From Microcystaceae cyanobacterium (GTDB lineage: Bacteria > Cyanobacteriota > Cyanobacteriia > Cyanobacteriales > Microcystaceae), in NCBI GenBank assembly GCA_041746575.1, contig JBGTGT010000123.1, positions 64,001-128,000 on the forward strand: DNA of 64,000 nt. Direction: 5' to 3'. A model generated the notes under the pieces. That model had not been told where the DNA came from, searched no databases, and was given only the letters and a program-made list of their open reading frames with translations. This document shows positions 49,699 to 60,261 of this stretch, in pieces (positions within the stretch are counted from its first letter, which is position 1; every line of letters begins with the position of its first letter). The position numbers and the translations under genes were made by a program.

Positions 49699-50757
49699 CT
49701 AAATTTCGACGCCTCGATATAAGCGTTTTTTTTGTTTTAATTCATAATCGCTGGCGAAGTCTAGAATATTATTACGGTGTCCTAAAATCATTAAGATGTC
49801 TCCCCTATTGACAAATAAAGACTGGGGAGGATGCACAATCAATTCTCCCTCGGCGCGACGTAATGCGACAATAATAAATGTGCCTTTACTTCTGATTTCT
49901 AATTCCCGAATGGTTTTACCCACTAAAGGAGATTGTTGTTCTATCGCTAATTCATCCATTTGTACGTCTAACTGAATGAGTAATTCATTGAGATAGTTTA
50001 ACTCTTCTTTCCGCCCTAAAAAGTCTAACGCCGTCGGACGAGTAATTAGATTCGCCATTCTCAAGGCACTTAAACTCGCAGGTAGGATAATATGATTGGC
50101 ACCAGCTAACCGTAATTTTTTCTCTGTAGAAGGTTGTTCCCCTCGCGCAATAATGATTAAGTTGGGGTTTAACTCTTTAGCTGTGAGGGTAATAAAAACG
50201 TTATCGGTATCATGAGGAAGCACAATGGCGATAACCTTCGCTTTTGCGATATTGACGGCTTCAAGGGTCATTTCATCGGTGGCATCCCCCTGATAAGCAG
50301 TATATGCTAAAGATTCCGCTTTCTGAATGCGTTCTGTATTATAATCGATAATAATGAAGGGCTGACGCATTTCGTTAAGTTGTTGGGCAAGAATCTGCCC
50401 CATATAACCAAATCCTGCGATAATTATATGATTTTGTAAGTTTTCAAGCGTTTTTCTACGTTTTTGTTCATCAAAGATGCGGTTTAATTCTCCTTCTGCA
50501 ATCATTTGGACAAATCCTCCTACGGTATAAACGGCTGATGATGTTCCGGCAATAATAACGAAAATTGTAAATATTTTTTGAAAAGGGGTGTCTAATGGCT
50601 TAACTTCTCCATATCCCACCCCAAATATTGTAATAACGACCATATAAATGGACTCTAGAATTGACCAACCAAAGAGAATATAACCCACTGTCGCTACAAT
50701 AAGGGTAATAACGAAAAAAATACTGCCGGTAAGAATGCGCTTAAAGGATTGTTGCAT
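49699..50757 (-). CDS. Two-TM potassium channel with TrkA-N/TrkA-C (RCK) domains
   Basis: Filter TIFGVGYGE; HIIIAGFGYMG; GDAT; RCK_C SPLVGKTIREL. Confidence 0.9.
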   Translation of the reverse strand: MQQSFKRILTGSIFFVITLIVATVGYILFGWSILESIYMVVITIFGVGYGEVKPLDTPFQKIFTIFVIIAGTSSAVYTVGGFVQMIAEGELNRIFDEQKRRKTLENLQNHIIIAGFGYMGQILAQQLNEMRQPFIIIDYNTERIQKAESLAYTAYQGDATDEMTLEAVNIAKAKVIAIVLPHDTDNVFITLTAKELNPNLIIIARGEQPSTEKKLRLAGANHIILPASLSALRMANLITRPTALDFLGRKEELNYLNELLIQLDVQMDELAIEQQSPLVGKTIRELEIRSKGTFIIVALRRAEGELIVHPPQSLFVNRGDILMILGHRNNILDFASDYELKQKKRLYRGVEI

Positions 50758-50765
50758 TGCTATTT

Positions 50766-51593
50766 TTAATCATAAATGGTGCGACAAATTTGGCATAAAA
50801 TATCGAAACAATGATCGTAACTTTTTTCGGCTTGATTGAGCAATTCTGTCGAGAACGGCTGACGGAGAGAATTCGCTTTCTTTTGTCGAATAATTCGGCC
50901 TGATTTAATATTTTCTGAGGAGTCACCTACTCCTTTAAAACCAGTAGTTTGCAAAACTTGGTATTCTTCAGAGAATCCTTGCGCTGTTTGTAAAAAAGCT
51001 TTTAATGCTTGAAAAACAGAGCTGCTTTCGTTAATAATTTGTTCGTGAGTGAGGAAGAGACTTTGATTTTTATTATTAATAATTGAGCCATATTTTTCGA
51101 GGGTAGAGAGACGATTTATATAATAATCAAGCGTTTTTTTTTGATTCCAATGGGGCTTGATTGTTAAGATACTATTTAAGGTTTCTGCGGGGTTTCTAAT
51201 TAAAAAAATACTATAAATTTCAGGAGACTTTAGAATATTTTCGTCAACTAATTTTTCATCATGTAGCAATTTATCCAGGGCATATTGGTGATTCATTTGA
51301 TAGTGACGAGATTTCCAATAAACTTTAAAGAGTAATTGCTTAAAATTCTGTTCAGATTCATAAACAATATGAGTTTCTCCGTAACCCAGAATCGCAGGAT
51401 TAGAATTAAGGATATGGAGCAAAAGTGAGGATGCAGAACGCATATGTCCTAAAATAAAAAGGATGCGGTAAGGAGAGGATCTAAAGCGTACATTTAGGGG
51501 AGACTCTTGGCTATTAATCCGAACATCGAAATAGGTTTTAATCAAGGAGTCTTTAAGATTTCTGACAAAAGAAGAAGAAGCGAATTGATTCAT
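50766..51593 (-). CDS. Sulfotransferase family protein
   Basis: FILGHMRSASSLL..IL..NP.I...GE (5'-PSB-like) and IFLIRNP..T..S (3'-PB). Confidence 0.75.
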   Translation of the reverse strand: MNQFASSSFVRNLKDSLIKTYFDVRINSQESPLNVRFRSSPYRILFILGHMRSASSLLLHILNSNPAILGYGETHIVYESEQNFKQLLFKVYWKSRHYQMNHQYALDKLLHDEKLVDENILKSPEIYSIFLIRNPAETLNSILTIKPHWNQKKTLDYYINRLSTLEKYGSIINNKNQSLFLTHEQIINESSSVFQALKAFLQTAQGFSEEYQVLQTTGFKGVGDSSENIKSGRIIRQKKANSLRQPFSTELLNQAEKSYDHCFDILCQICRTIYD

Positions 51594-51612
51594 CGAAAAA
51601 TTCCTTTGAAAT

Positions 51613-52554
51613 TTATAGCCAAAGCTCTAAGTTAAGGTCATAATGACCTGCTTGTTCAGATGGATAATCTCCCAATTCAACCCGTTGAATAATACGAGGT
51701 AAAGCCTCAAAAAATGTAGAACTACGGGTATTAGGGTGTAGGGTCCAAGCGGTATTATTTGCTAACATTCCTCGATAAAACTTACTTCCTTCTAGCTTTT
51801 TGGAAACCATTATTTCCCAAGATTGAAGACTTCCTTTGCGGGTTAAATAATTAAAATAAGTTTTGAGAGAATTGGGTAGTTGATTGAGCCATCGTGTTCG
51901 ATAAGGTCGCCAAATCACCGGAAAAGGACAGAGCTTATCAAAGTGACGACAATTGATTAAATAAGCACGACTGCCAAAAAATTTAAAACGATAATATTCA
52001 TTTGCCCCCATTTCATAGGCAACTTTTTGAGCAAAGGTGCCATCAGAACGAGGCGGTCCTGCTAAGGGTCGCATAGAGATTAATTCGGAATAATTTTCCA
52101 TTACTTGAATGCCTTCTTTAACCCAACTATAATTTGCAGGTTGATAGAGCATCATATCGCTATCAAAGTGTAGAACATAATCACTCTTACATTCTTCGAT
52201 TTTAAAAATACTGCCTAATATAGGATATCCTTTGTAGTTATGAGTCGGGTGTATTTTGGCGTTAAAATGTTTCTGATAGACTTGTTGATGATAAGCCGGA
52301 TCGTAATTAATTTTGGTAATTCTATCAATGATTCCTTCTGCTAATAATTGTTGGCAATTCTGCTGTAGTTGTTCCATTGTACCGATATAGGGACGCCGGT
52401 TTTTTTCTCCTGATAAGGGTGCTGTATCAATTACTAATACTTTTTCCTCAAAAGGAAAATTACTCATTTTCAGTAAATGAGGGATGGTGTGCATCATAAA
52501 AGATACATCGGTTCGGGCGACAAACATCCACAGAGAACAGGAAAGCAGAGTCAT
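51613..52554 (-). CDS. Putative GT-A fold glycosyltransferase
   Basis: DYVLHFDSDM DxD motif; lies next to the sulfotransferase. Confidence 0.5.
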   Translation of the reverse strand: MTLLSCSLWMFVARTDVSFMMHTIPHLLKMSNFPFEEKVLVIDTAPLSGEKNRRPYIGTMEQLQQNCQQLLAEGIIDRITKINYDPAYHQQVYQKHFNAKIHPTHNYKGYPILGSIFKIEECKSDYVLHFDSDMMLYQPANYSWVKEGIQVMENYSELISMRPLAGPPRSDGTFAQKVAYEMGANEYYRFKFFGSRAYLINCRHFDKLCPFPVIWRPYRTRWLNQLPNSLKTYFNYLTRKGSLQSWEIMVSKKLEGSKFYRGMLANNTAWTLHPNTRSSTFFEALPRIIQRVELGDYPSEQAGHYDLNLELWL

Positions 52555-52720
52555 GGCGTTACCTCAAGGTCGCTCATCAACGACATGATTTTTAACAAAA
52601 TATAATAATGGTTCACATATTACCAGCGATCGGGATTTTAGGCTAAAAGTATAAATAGGGGATCTTATTCTATTTTCGATGAGAAGATGAGCCCTATTAG
52701 TTATCCATCCATCATCGCTT

Positions 52721-53056
52721 ATGAAAAGTTATTTTCCCCTCAGTATTAGCTTATTACTGTCTTTGGGGGTTAATCTGGGCAGTCTTAATGCTCAATCGTG
52801 TTTGAATTGCTGGATTAACCCGATAACCGGTCAACAAGAATCCTTGGAACGTATTATTCCTTCCTCTGTGCCGAGAACGCCTCCCCCACCCCCCGTTACG
52901 AATAATGCACCCGATGAAGCGGCGAAGAAACCGGATAACGGTGAAGAGAAGCCAAATCCGACTCAAATTCCGATCTCAGAAGAAGACCCCAGAGCGAGAG
53001 AGGCCGAACCCAGATCCCTTCCTGAAAGACAGATTGACCATCGTCTAAGATATTAA
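52721..53056 (+). CDS. Small secreted Pro-rich hypothetical protein
   Basis: Signal peptide, C..CWINPITG, then a low-complexity tail. Confidence 0.6.
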   Translation: MKSYFPLSISLLLSLGVNLGSLNAQSCLNCWINPITGQQESLERIIPSSVPRTPPPPPVTNNAPDEAAKKPDNGEEKPNPTQIPISEEDPRAREAEPRSLPERQIDHRLRY

Positions 53057-53103
53057 AGATGCGGAAGGAAGGCAAAATACAGGGATTTGACTGAAAAGTC
53101 TTT

Positions 53104-53122
53104 AGGTGGGTAATGCCCACCT
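53104..53122. repeat. REP-like palindrome between convergent genes
   Basis: AGGTGGGT-aat-GCCCACCT. Confidence 0.55.
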
Positions 53123-53134
53123 TGTGTTATTGGT

Positions 53135-54436
53135 TTATAAAGCACTGAGAACGTCTTTAGCCATCGCAATCGTACGGTCTATGTCGGCTTCTGTGTGAGC
53201 AAAAGAGGTAAATCCAGCTTCAAATTGAGAAGGAGCGAGATAAATCCCTCTTTCTAACATTCCTCGATGAAAACGAGCAAATTTAGCTGAGTCTGCTTTC
53301 TTGGCATCTTCATAGTTATGAACGGGTTCATCGGTAAAGAATAAGCCAAACATGGCACTTAAACTACCGCCATAAGCAGCTTGTCCGGTATCTGAGGCAA
53401 CTTGTAGCAGACCTTTGATTAATCTTTGGGTTATTTGGTCTAAGTAGTCGTAAACGCCCGGTTTTTGCAGTAGTTCTAGGGTTTTGATGCCGGCTGTCAT
53501 CGCTAAGGGATTTCCTGATAATGTTCCTGCCTGATACATGGGGCCGGCGGGAGCAACCATCATCATAATGTCTTTACGTCCACCGTAAGCTCCTACGGGT
53601 AATCCGCCGCCAATGACTTTTCCTAAGGTAGTCAAATCGGGGGTTACGCCAAATTTAGCTTGTGCGCCACCATAGGCAATCCGAAAGCCGGTCATGACTT
53701 CATCAAAGATTAATAGTGCGCCGTAATCCTTAGTGATTTCTCGTAATCCTTCTAAGAAACCGGCATCCGGTCGAATAAAGCCGGCATTGCCGACAACGGG
53801 TTCTAGAATAACGCCAGCGATATCGTCAGGATTTTCAGCAAAAAGGGCTTTAACGGCTTCTAAATCATTGTAGGGGGCAGTTAAGGTGTTAGTGGTGGTA
53901 CTTTTGGGAACACCGGGGGAATCTGGTAAGCCTAGGGTTGCAACACCTGATCCTGCTTTTACAAGAAGCATATCTGCATGACCATGGTAACATCCTTCAA
54001 ATTTGACAATTTTATCCCGCCCCGTAAAGGCACGCATCAGACGAAGGACGGACATACAGGCTTCTGTACCAGAATTGACAAATCTAACCATTTCGATGCT
54101 AGGAACGGCTTCGATAACCATTTCCGCCAAAATATTTTCTTGCAGGGAGGGTGCGCCGAAACTGGTGCCTTTTTGTAAGGCTTCTTGAAGAGCAGAAATG
54201 ACTTCAGGATGGGCATGACCGCAGATGGCGGGTCCCCATGTTCCTACATAATCGATGTATTGATTGCCATCGACATCCCAAATATAAGCCCCTTGTACGT
54301 GATCAAAGACGATGGGTTGACCACCGACGGACTTAAAGGCTCTTACGGGAGAACTTACGCCACCTGGCATTAGTTTTTGGGCATTTGCAAAGATTTCTTC
54401 CGATTTTTGAGTTTTTAAAGGTGTTGTATTAACCAA
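53135..54436 (-). CDS. hemL: Glutamate-1-semialdehyde 2,1-aminomutase
   Basis: [41 protein letters not shown]. Start set to the TTG at 54436 after an AGGAG RBS. Confidence 0.96.
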   Translation of the reverse strand: MVNTTPLKTQKSEEIFANAQKLMPGGVSSPVRAFKSVGGQPIVFDHVQGAYIWDVDGNQYIDYVGTWGPAICGHAHPEVISALQEALQKGTSFGAPSLQENILAEMVIEAVPSIEMVRFVNSGTEACMSVLRLMRAFTGRDKIVKFEGCYHGHADMLLVKAGSGVATLGLPDSPGVPKSTTTNTLTAPYNDLEAVKALFAENPDDIAGVILEPVVGNAGFIRPDAGFLEGLREITKDYGALLIFDEVMTGFRIAYGGAQAKFGVTPDLTTLGKVIGGGLPVGAYGGRKDIMMMVAPAGPMYQAGTLSGNPLAMTAGIKTLELLQKPGVYDYLDQITQRLIKGLLQVASDTGQAAYGGSLSAMFGLFFTDEPVHNYEDAKKADSAKFARFHRGMLERGIYLAPSQFEAGFTSFAHTEADIDRTIAMAKDVLSAL

Positions 54437-54722
54437 GTTGTTCTCCTTTATCGTTGTTTCGGTGTGTGAGGATGACCTTGACCCATTGATCATTATCCTA
54501 TGACAGGGCAGTGTCAAGTAGATCACTAGGGCAAATTAAATTCTTTCGAAAACATTCTAAGCTCGATAAGGGTAATTATCAAGCTTAAAGTAAAAAATGC
54601 TTAAGGCACGACAAAAATCTTATGAATATTGATTTAGAAATATGCAGTAACCCTATCATCTCCTCGCTTTTTGGGGTTAATTTGTTTAAGATTGAAGGAA
54701 AGCACCAACGTTTAAGCCGCTC

Positions 54723-55700
54723 ATGACAGGGATTCCCATTACCGTTTCTTCTCGTTCTCAAGTTCTCAGTCACGCTGAGTTTGTAGCGATTTTTGCCGAC
54801 TTCTTACGAACTGATACAGCTAATGGTAACGCTAGTACCGATACGATTCGCACCTATCTCAGTCAAATTCAGCAATACTTCTCTTGGTGTCAGCAAAATC
54901 AGATTCACCCGATTCAAGTTACCCGTCGTCACCTCAAAGAATATCGTCGTTGGATGATCGAAGAAAAAAGTTATAAATCTACCACCATCGCTTTAAAACT
55001 GGCCACCGTCAGACGTTTCTATCAAGCGGCAATGGAAGAAGGAATCCTTCAAAGTAATCCCGCCATAGGGATTAAACCGCCTCAAGAAAAACGAGATCCT
55101 GCCGAAAATATTACTTATTTAGAACAAGATGAAGTTCAAATTTTACTCGACGCCATTTCCGATGATCATTCACTTAAAAGTAAACGCGATCGGGTATTAA
55201 TTGAAATTATGATCCGAGAAGGCACAAGAACGGTAGAATTGCATCGAGCGAATATCAGTGATATTGTCCGTCGGGGTCATAATATTGGCATTCGGGTTGA
55301 AGGAAAAAGAAGTATTCGTGTTGTCCCCTTAACGCCTTATTTGGCGGAAAGCTTACAAGATTATCTCACCAGCCGTCGGGAAAATGGGGAAATTCTTAAC
55401 CCGAATACACCCCTCTTTATTGCCGTCGGAAATCGCGCCAAGGGAAAACGCCTCAGTCGTTGTGGCATTCGTCGAATTGTCGATAAATATCTCCTAGCCT
55501 CCCAATTAAAACATACACCCGGACGCACCCTATCTGCCCACAGTTTACGGCATACCGCAGGAACACTCGCTTTAAGAAATGGCGCAGACTTACGACAAGT
55601 TCAAGATTTACTCGGCCATGCCGACCCTCGTACTACTGCCATATACGCTCATGTAGGCGATCGCTGGGTCAATAATCCGGCTTTAAATTGGGACGTTTAA
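54723..55700 (+). CDS. Tyrosine recombinase (XerC-like) with N-terminal SAM-like domain
   Basis: Catalytic residues EGTR, GK, HSLRH, LGHA, TTAIY are all intact. Confidence 0.92.
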   Translation: MTGIPITVSSRSQVLSHAEFVAIFADFLRTDTANGNASTDTIRTYLSQIQQYFSWCQQNQIHPIQVTRRHLKEYRRWMIEEKSYKSTTIALKLATVRRFYQAAMEEGILQSNPAIGIKPPQEKRDPAENITYLEQDEVQILLDAISDDHSLKSKRDRVLIEIMIREGTRTVELHRANISDIVRRGHNIGIRVEGKRSIRVVPLTPYLAESLQDYLTSRRENGEILNPNTPLFIAVGNRAKGKRLSRCGIRRIVDKYLLASQLKHTPGRTLSAHSLRHTAGTLALRNGADLRQVQDLLGHADPRTTAIYAHVGDRWVNNPALNWDV

Positions 55701-55713
55701 ATCTATGAGTCAA

Positions 55714-55847
55714 TATAGGTTTTTATATATATCTTGATGATCTATTTGACCTATATAAAATTATAGGTAAGCTTATAGGTGTTCGGGTAGCGATCGCTTA
55801 TTCCCTATTTAACTGACCTATATTTATATAAATATATTGATATAGGT
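55714..55847. repeat. Cluster of six TATAGGT/ACCTATA boxes, candidate recombinase binding or crossover site
   Basis: Copies start at 55714, 55749 (rc), 55762, 55774, 55816 (rc) and 55841. Confidence 0.7.
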
Positions 55848-56249
55848 TTATATGACGTTATTGTCTGAAGAATGTAATGAATGATTCATTTGCTAATAAT
55901 AAGTTCAATCATTTGACTTAACTTCCCGAAAAGAAATGTCTTAACTTCCTAAACTTATCTGGGCAGTTTTCAAACTTAAAGTTAACTTAGACGTATTCTA
56001 ATCACCAAGAGAGTTTTCTAGGATCATTTCTCTCAAAAATATGCCAAGATAAATTAATTTTTTTCAAAAAAATTTCCGTAAAAGAGAACAAATCCTTGAA
56101 GTCATTTATAGTAATGCTTGAACTAAAGTCATAAACCTAGTTCTAAACCAATAACCTCTCAAATTCACTTATGATATTGAACTTCCTTATTTCTCTTACT
56201 TAACCAACCCTAACTTTGCCCATTAAGTAATAATTAATTTAGCAGGAAA

Positions 56250-56828
56250 TTGAAAATGATGACCCTTGATTATGCTCCCCTTGCCAACATTTTAGGATTC
56301 TTGGCATTAGGCACTTACATTGTAACCTTGCTTCCTACAAATCTCAGAATTGTTTTTCCGCAAACACGACAAACGGGAGTTCCCAAATACCTCTTAAAAC
56401 ATCGCCGCATTATTGGCATTCTTTCCTTTATTTTAGCTGTTTTTCACGGCTATATCTTAGTAATAAAGCGTGATTTTGACTTTTTCGACCTCAAAACCTC
56501 TTGGGTTTATATCCAAGGCATATTAACCTTCATTGTATTTGCATTATTGGCGATTACCTCTAACGACTGGAGTGTCAAGCGACTGAAAAAGAATTGGAAA
56601 CGTCTTCATAACCTTACCTATTTAGCTCTCTTTATGCTAACTTGGCACGTTTGGGACAAAATGTCGGGTCATTGGAGTTGGTTAACCCCCCTATGTCTGA
56701 TTGGACTAAGTGCCGTTACCCTACTTTATTTAGCGCGTCGTTGGCAAGAATATACTCAGCAAAAAGCCAAAGCTAAGCAGTGTAAAACGCAAGTAGTCAA
56801 CACCCGAAAACTACAAACAGTCAAATAA
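56250..56828 (+). CDS. Ferric reductase-like transmembrane protein (MsrQ-like heme b subunit)
   Basis: RR.IG.......H, LAITS......L...WKRLH.L.Y......H. Confidence 0.82.
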   Translation: MKMMTLDYAPLANILGFLALGTYIVTLLPTNLRIVFPQTRQTGVPKYLLKHRRIIGILSFILAVFHGYILVIKRDFDFFDLKTSWVYIQGILTFIVFALLAITSNDWSVKRLKKNWKRLHNLTYLALFMLTWHVWDKMSGHWSWLTPLCLIGLSAVTLLYLARRWQEYTQQKAKAKQCKTQVVNTRKLQTVK

Positions 56829-56869
56829 TCCCTATTTTAACCGTAAAGACAGTATAAGGAGGAAAAATC

Positions 56870-57898
56870 ATGAAATTAAAACCTTGGATTGGAAAATCAT
56901 CTGTATTATTAACCTTAACCACCTTAAGCTTAATCGCCGGTTATACCTTAAACGGGAAGCAATCCCAAACCACAGAAGCAAAAACCGCTCTGCCCAGTCA
57001 ATCCCTGACTCAACTGAAAGAGACCTTAGAAAGTAATCATACATCATGGATTTATGCGATCGCCGTCAGTGGGGATGGTCAAACGATCGCTAGTGGCAGT
57101 TACGATGAAAGTATCGAAATCTGGCACCTACCGAGTAAAACACCCATTGAAATCAAAAAAGCGCATGGCGATGCCATTGAAAGCCTTGTGATCACCCCTG
57201 ATAACCGTTATCTTGTCAGTGGTAGCTGGGATAACCGTATCAAACTTTGGGATTTACAAAGCGGCGAACTGATTCGGCAATTTGACGGCCATCGGGATGA
57301 TGTGAAAAGCCTTGCCGTTAGTCCAGACGGAAAAACCCTTGCCAGTGGTAGTGTGGATAATACCTTGCGTCTTTGGGATTTAGAAACAGGTGCAGAGATC
57401 AAAAGCCTTTCCGTTGGACATTGGGTTCAATCCTTAGCCTTTAGTCAGGATGGTCAAACCATCATAGCTGGATTGCATACTGGGGGGATTCAAGTGTGGC
57501 AATGGCAACAAAATGTATTAAAAAAAGCCCTTTCTGCCCATCATCGTGCCGTAAACGCCCTCAGTCTCAGTCCTAATGGTCGTCTCTTAGCTAGCGGTAG
57601 CCAAGATCGCACCATAAAACTGTGGGATACCCTCACTTGGCAAGAAATCAAAACGCTCAAAGCCCATCAAAGAGCCGTGTTATCCCTCGCTTTTCACCCA
57701 AATAGTCGTCTTTTGGCTAGTGGCAGTTACGATAATACGATTAAGCTATGGGATATTGAGCAAGGCACGGTAGTAGATAATCTTAGAGAACATCATAAGT
57801 CCGTCTGGTCAGTCGCTTTTAGCCAAGAAGGTCAATCCCTTGTCAGTGGTAGTGCAGACGAAACCTTGAAACGCTGGTCAGTGCAACCCCAATTTTAA
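56870..57898 (+). CDS. WD40-repeat protein with N-terminal signal/anchor
   Basis: About seven H..V..LA.SPDG..LASGS.D.TIKLWD repeats. Confidence 0.92.
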   Translation: MKLKPWIGKSSVLLTLTTLSLIAGYTLNGKQSQTTEAKTALPSQSLTQLKETLESNHTSWIYAIAVSGDGQTIASGSYDESIEIWHLPSKTPIEIKKAHGDAIESLVITPDNRYLVSGSWDNRIKLWDLQSGELIRQFDGHRDDVKSLAVSPDGKTLASGSVDNTLRLWDLETGAEIKSLSVGHWVQSLAFSQDGQTIIAGLHTGGIQVWQWQQNVLKKALSAHHRAVNALSLSPNGRLLASGSQDRTIKLWDTLTWQEIKTLKAHQRAVLSLAFHPNSRLLASGSYDNTIKLWDIEQGTVVDNLREHHKSVWSVAFSQEGQSLVSGSADETLKRWSVQPQF

Positions 57899-57976
57899 AG
57901 TCATTTTATTGAGAAAAAAGCGATCGCTTTTGATACTGTCAAGGCGATCATTTTTTAGGATTTATCTGATTCAAAA

Positions 57977-58003
57977 GGACGCAAGCAAGCCCTGCGTCCC
58001 CAC
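57977..58003. repeat. REP-like hairpin between convergent genes
   Basis: GGACGCA-n9-TGCGTCC-CCAC. Confidence 0.45.
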
Positions 58004-58039
58004 TGTTGATTCTTCAAAAACTATAGTACACCGAACGGA

Positions 58040-58558
58040 TTAACGTTGGTCTAATCCTAAATTATAGGTGATTTCATGGACACCTCGCATTTCCTTAATT
58101 TTAGCAATCAGTGCCTCTGCGTCTTCTTTACTATCTACCCGTCCTTCCAGCCGAACTGAACCATTGGCAACGGCAACCACAACGCGGTCATCCGCTTTCG
58201 ATTTGATGGATTTTTCAATCACATCATCGCTGACATCTTCTTGGTTATAAGATTTGGTGGCGTATTCAAGACCACTGTAATGGGAGCCTGACGGAGTTAG
58301 ATTAAAGTCAGTTTCATCCTGAGTAACAGCCTCGTCCGATGCCGCTTGGGCAGCGATTTGAACTTGGGCAAACGCAGGAGCATTGGCGGTAAAAAACAGT
58401 AAAGAAATGGTTAAGAATAAAGATACAACGGAAGAAAAACGATGCTTTTTCATTAGTAGCAATGTTCCTAATCCGACTGTCGCTATTGAGGCGATCGCTA
58501 AGACTTCTAATGATACTATCATAGGGTTTAAAATTCTCCTAGTGGAAATTTTGGACAC
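58040..58558 (-). CDS. BON-domain membrane protein
   Basis: C-terminal D..I...I......V.VANGSVRLEGRV.S......I.....GV.EI...L. Confidence 0.75.
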   Translation of the reverse strand: MSKISTRRILNPMIVSLEVLAIASIATVGLGTLLLMKKHRFSSVVSLFLTISLLFFTANAPAFAQVQIAAQAASDEAVTQDETDFNLTPSGSHYSGLEYATKSYNQEDVSDDVIEKSIKSKADDRVVVAVANGSVRLEGRVDSKEDAEALIAKIKEMRGVHEITYNLGLDQR

Positions 58559-58811
58559 TATGTCAGTTTACTCAATTTTTTTTTTAATTTCCATCTTCTA
58601 AAAGAAAGAAAGTTAAAGCCTACCCATCCAGCAAAGCTAGATATTCATCTTTCTCAAGAAAGAGCGAACAACCCTTCAATCATTCCTTATCTTCCGTTTG
58701 AATGAGAAATCAAATATTTATGTTGAAACGATAGACAGATTGAAAATGACTTTTTCGTGTATAAAATGTAGGGAACAATAAGTCCTTCAAATAAATAAGG
58801 AACCCAATTAT

Positions 58812-59309
58812 ATGAATTACTCTGACGAAAAAGAATCTAAAACCTTTGAGCAAGCGAGCGGAGCAAAACCAGTTATTTCCAACGGTCGCTCAAAATATCG
58901 TCAAGGATACGAAGATGGGCGATATCAGCAAGACATCCAACGAAGCAACAACTCATCAGGGTCATTTTTAGCGGGTATTCTGTTGACCTTACTCATTGGC
59001 TTAAGTGCAGGAACAGTGCTTTATTTCTACTTCGATCAGCAAAATAGGGAAAGCACGGTGAAAGATTCTGCCGTTGAACCCCCTCCCCCCAATAAAGAAA
59101 CCAATATCATCGAAAGAACCATCGTTCAGCCTGCCCCTCAAAATAAAGAAACCAACATCATTGAACGAACCATCGAACGAACTCAAGAAGTTGTTCCCGT
59201 ACCGGTAACGCCTGAATCTTCGTCTCCCAATCAAGAAGCTCAACCGGAAGAACCCCCTGCTTCCGATTCAGAAGCCAACTCATCCCCTGTCCCCGCAGAA
59301 TCGCCATAA
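58812..59309 (+). CDS. Single-TM hypothetical protein with an internal tandem repeat
   Basis: TM helix, NKETNIIERTI twice, Pro/Glu/Ser-rich tail. Confidence 0.7.
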   Translation: MNYSDEKESKTFEQASGAKPVISNGRSKYRQGYEDGRYQQDIQRSNNSSGSFLAGILLTLLIGLSAGTVLYFYFDQQNRESTVKDSAVEPPPPNKETNIIERTIVQPAPQNKETNIIERTIERTQEVVPVPVTPESSSPNQEAQPEEPPASDSEANSSPVPAESP

Positions 59310-59444
59310 CACCGTCAAAAAAAGACCCCCTTTTCCTCCTATCAAAGCTTTTGCTGGAAGATAGCTCGCTTCCTTAACAATTCTGGTATAATAAAAGGCT
59401 AACTCACCTACGAATTGGCTCGATGCTAAATTGTACAAAGCAAA

Positions 59445-59852
59445 ATGGCGGAAAAACTTCCAACGTGCGGGCAATTAGAGCGAAATTTGTCTCAGCAGAT
59501 TCTTACATTTTACCGTGAGCGGCTGGGACATAAACCCTCTAAAATTATCTGTCAATTATTTGAGCAAAGGGCGACCATTATTATCGAAGATTCATTGACG
59601 CCAGCAGAACAACTGCTAGCAAAAGATGGTCAACAAGAGCTAGCCCAAGATGTTCGTTCTTGTTTGGATGAACTGACAAAGCCTCAGATCACTCAGTTGA
59701 TTGAAGCAACATTGGAGGTTAAAGTCATCGATTTATTAAGTGATGCCACCCTTGAAACAGGACGAACGGGGATGATTGTCATCTTGGAAACGAGTCCTCG
59801 TATTCGCAATCCTGAAGGTCGTTCCGCTAAATCTCAATTACAGGAGGGGTAG
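59445..59852 (+). CDS. DUF2294 family protein
   Basis: PT.GQLER.LSQ.I..FY...LGH.P...LT.AEQ.L...V.DLLSD...ETGR. Confidence 0.8.
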   Translation: MAEKLPTCGQLERNLSQQILTFYRERLGHKPSKIICQLFEQRATIIIEDSLTPAEQLLAKDGQQELAQDVRSCLDELTKPQITQLIEATLEVKVIDLLSDATLETGRTGMIVILETSPRIRNPEGRSAKSQLQEG

Positions 59853-60261
59853 GGAGACAACACCGATGGAGATGGAGCAAAATAATATTTTCTAACTCAG
59901 GCAACCGATAAGGCTTACTGAGGTAATCAACGCAACCTGCCTCTTGAAGTCGCTGTTGGATACAAGGAAGCACTAATCCTGTAACTGCAATAACGGGAAT
60001 ACAAGACGTTAGCGGATTTTGCTTAAGCTGTTGCAAAAAGTAAAATCCATCCCATTGGGGCAAAACAATATCTAAAAGAATTAAATCGGGTAAATGAACA
60101 GTAGCTAGCGATAAGGCAGTTATACTATCCGATGCTTTTAAAAATAAACAATTAATTTTTTCAAGAACGTATTCTATCAGCAAAAGATTATCTTCATCAT
60201 CTTCTACTGCTAAGACACAAGGTCGTTTTTCTAACTGAATCGGAGCAAAAGGCTGCTTCAT
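59827..60261 (-). CDS. Single-domain response regulator (CheY-like)
   Basis: VLAVEDDEDN, PDLILLDIVLP, AVTG, SKP. Start probably the ATG at 60261. Confidence 0.85.
   Translation of the reverse strand: MKQPFAPIQLEKRPCVLAVEDDEDNLLLIEYVLEKINCLFLKASDSITALSLATVHLPDLILLDIVLPQWDGFYFLQQLKQNPLTSCIPVIAVTGLVLPCIQQRLQEAGCVDYLSKPYRLPELENIILLHLHRCCLPTPPVIEI

Noticed and set aside
55917..55949. CTTAACTTCC direct repeat upstream of the MsrQ-like gene
   Set aside because: Only two 10-bp copies in AT-rich DNA; too weak without conservation data.
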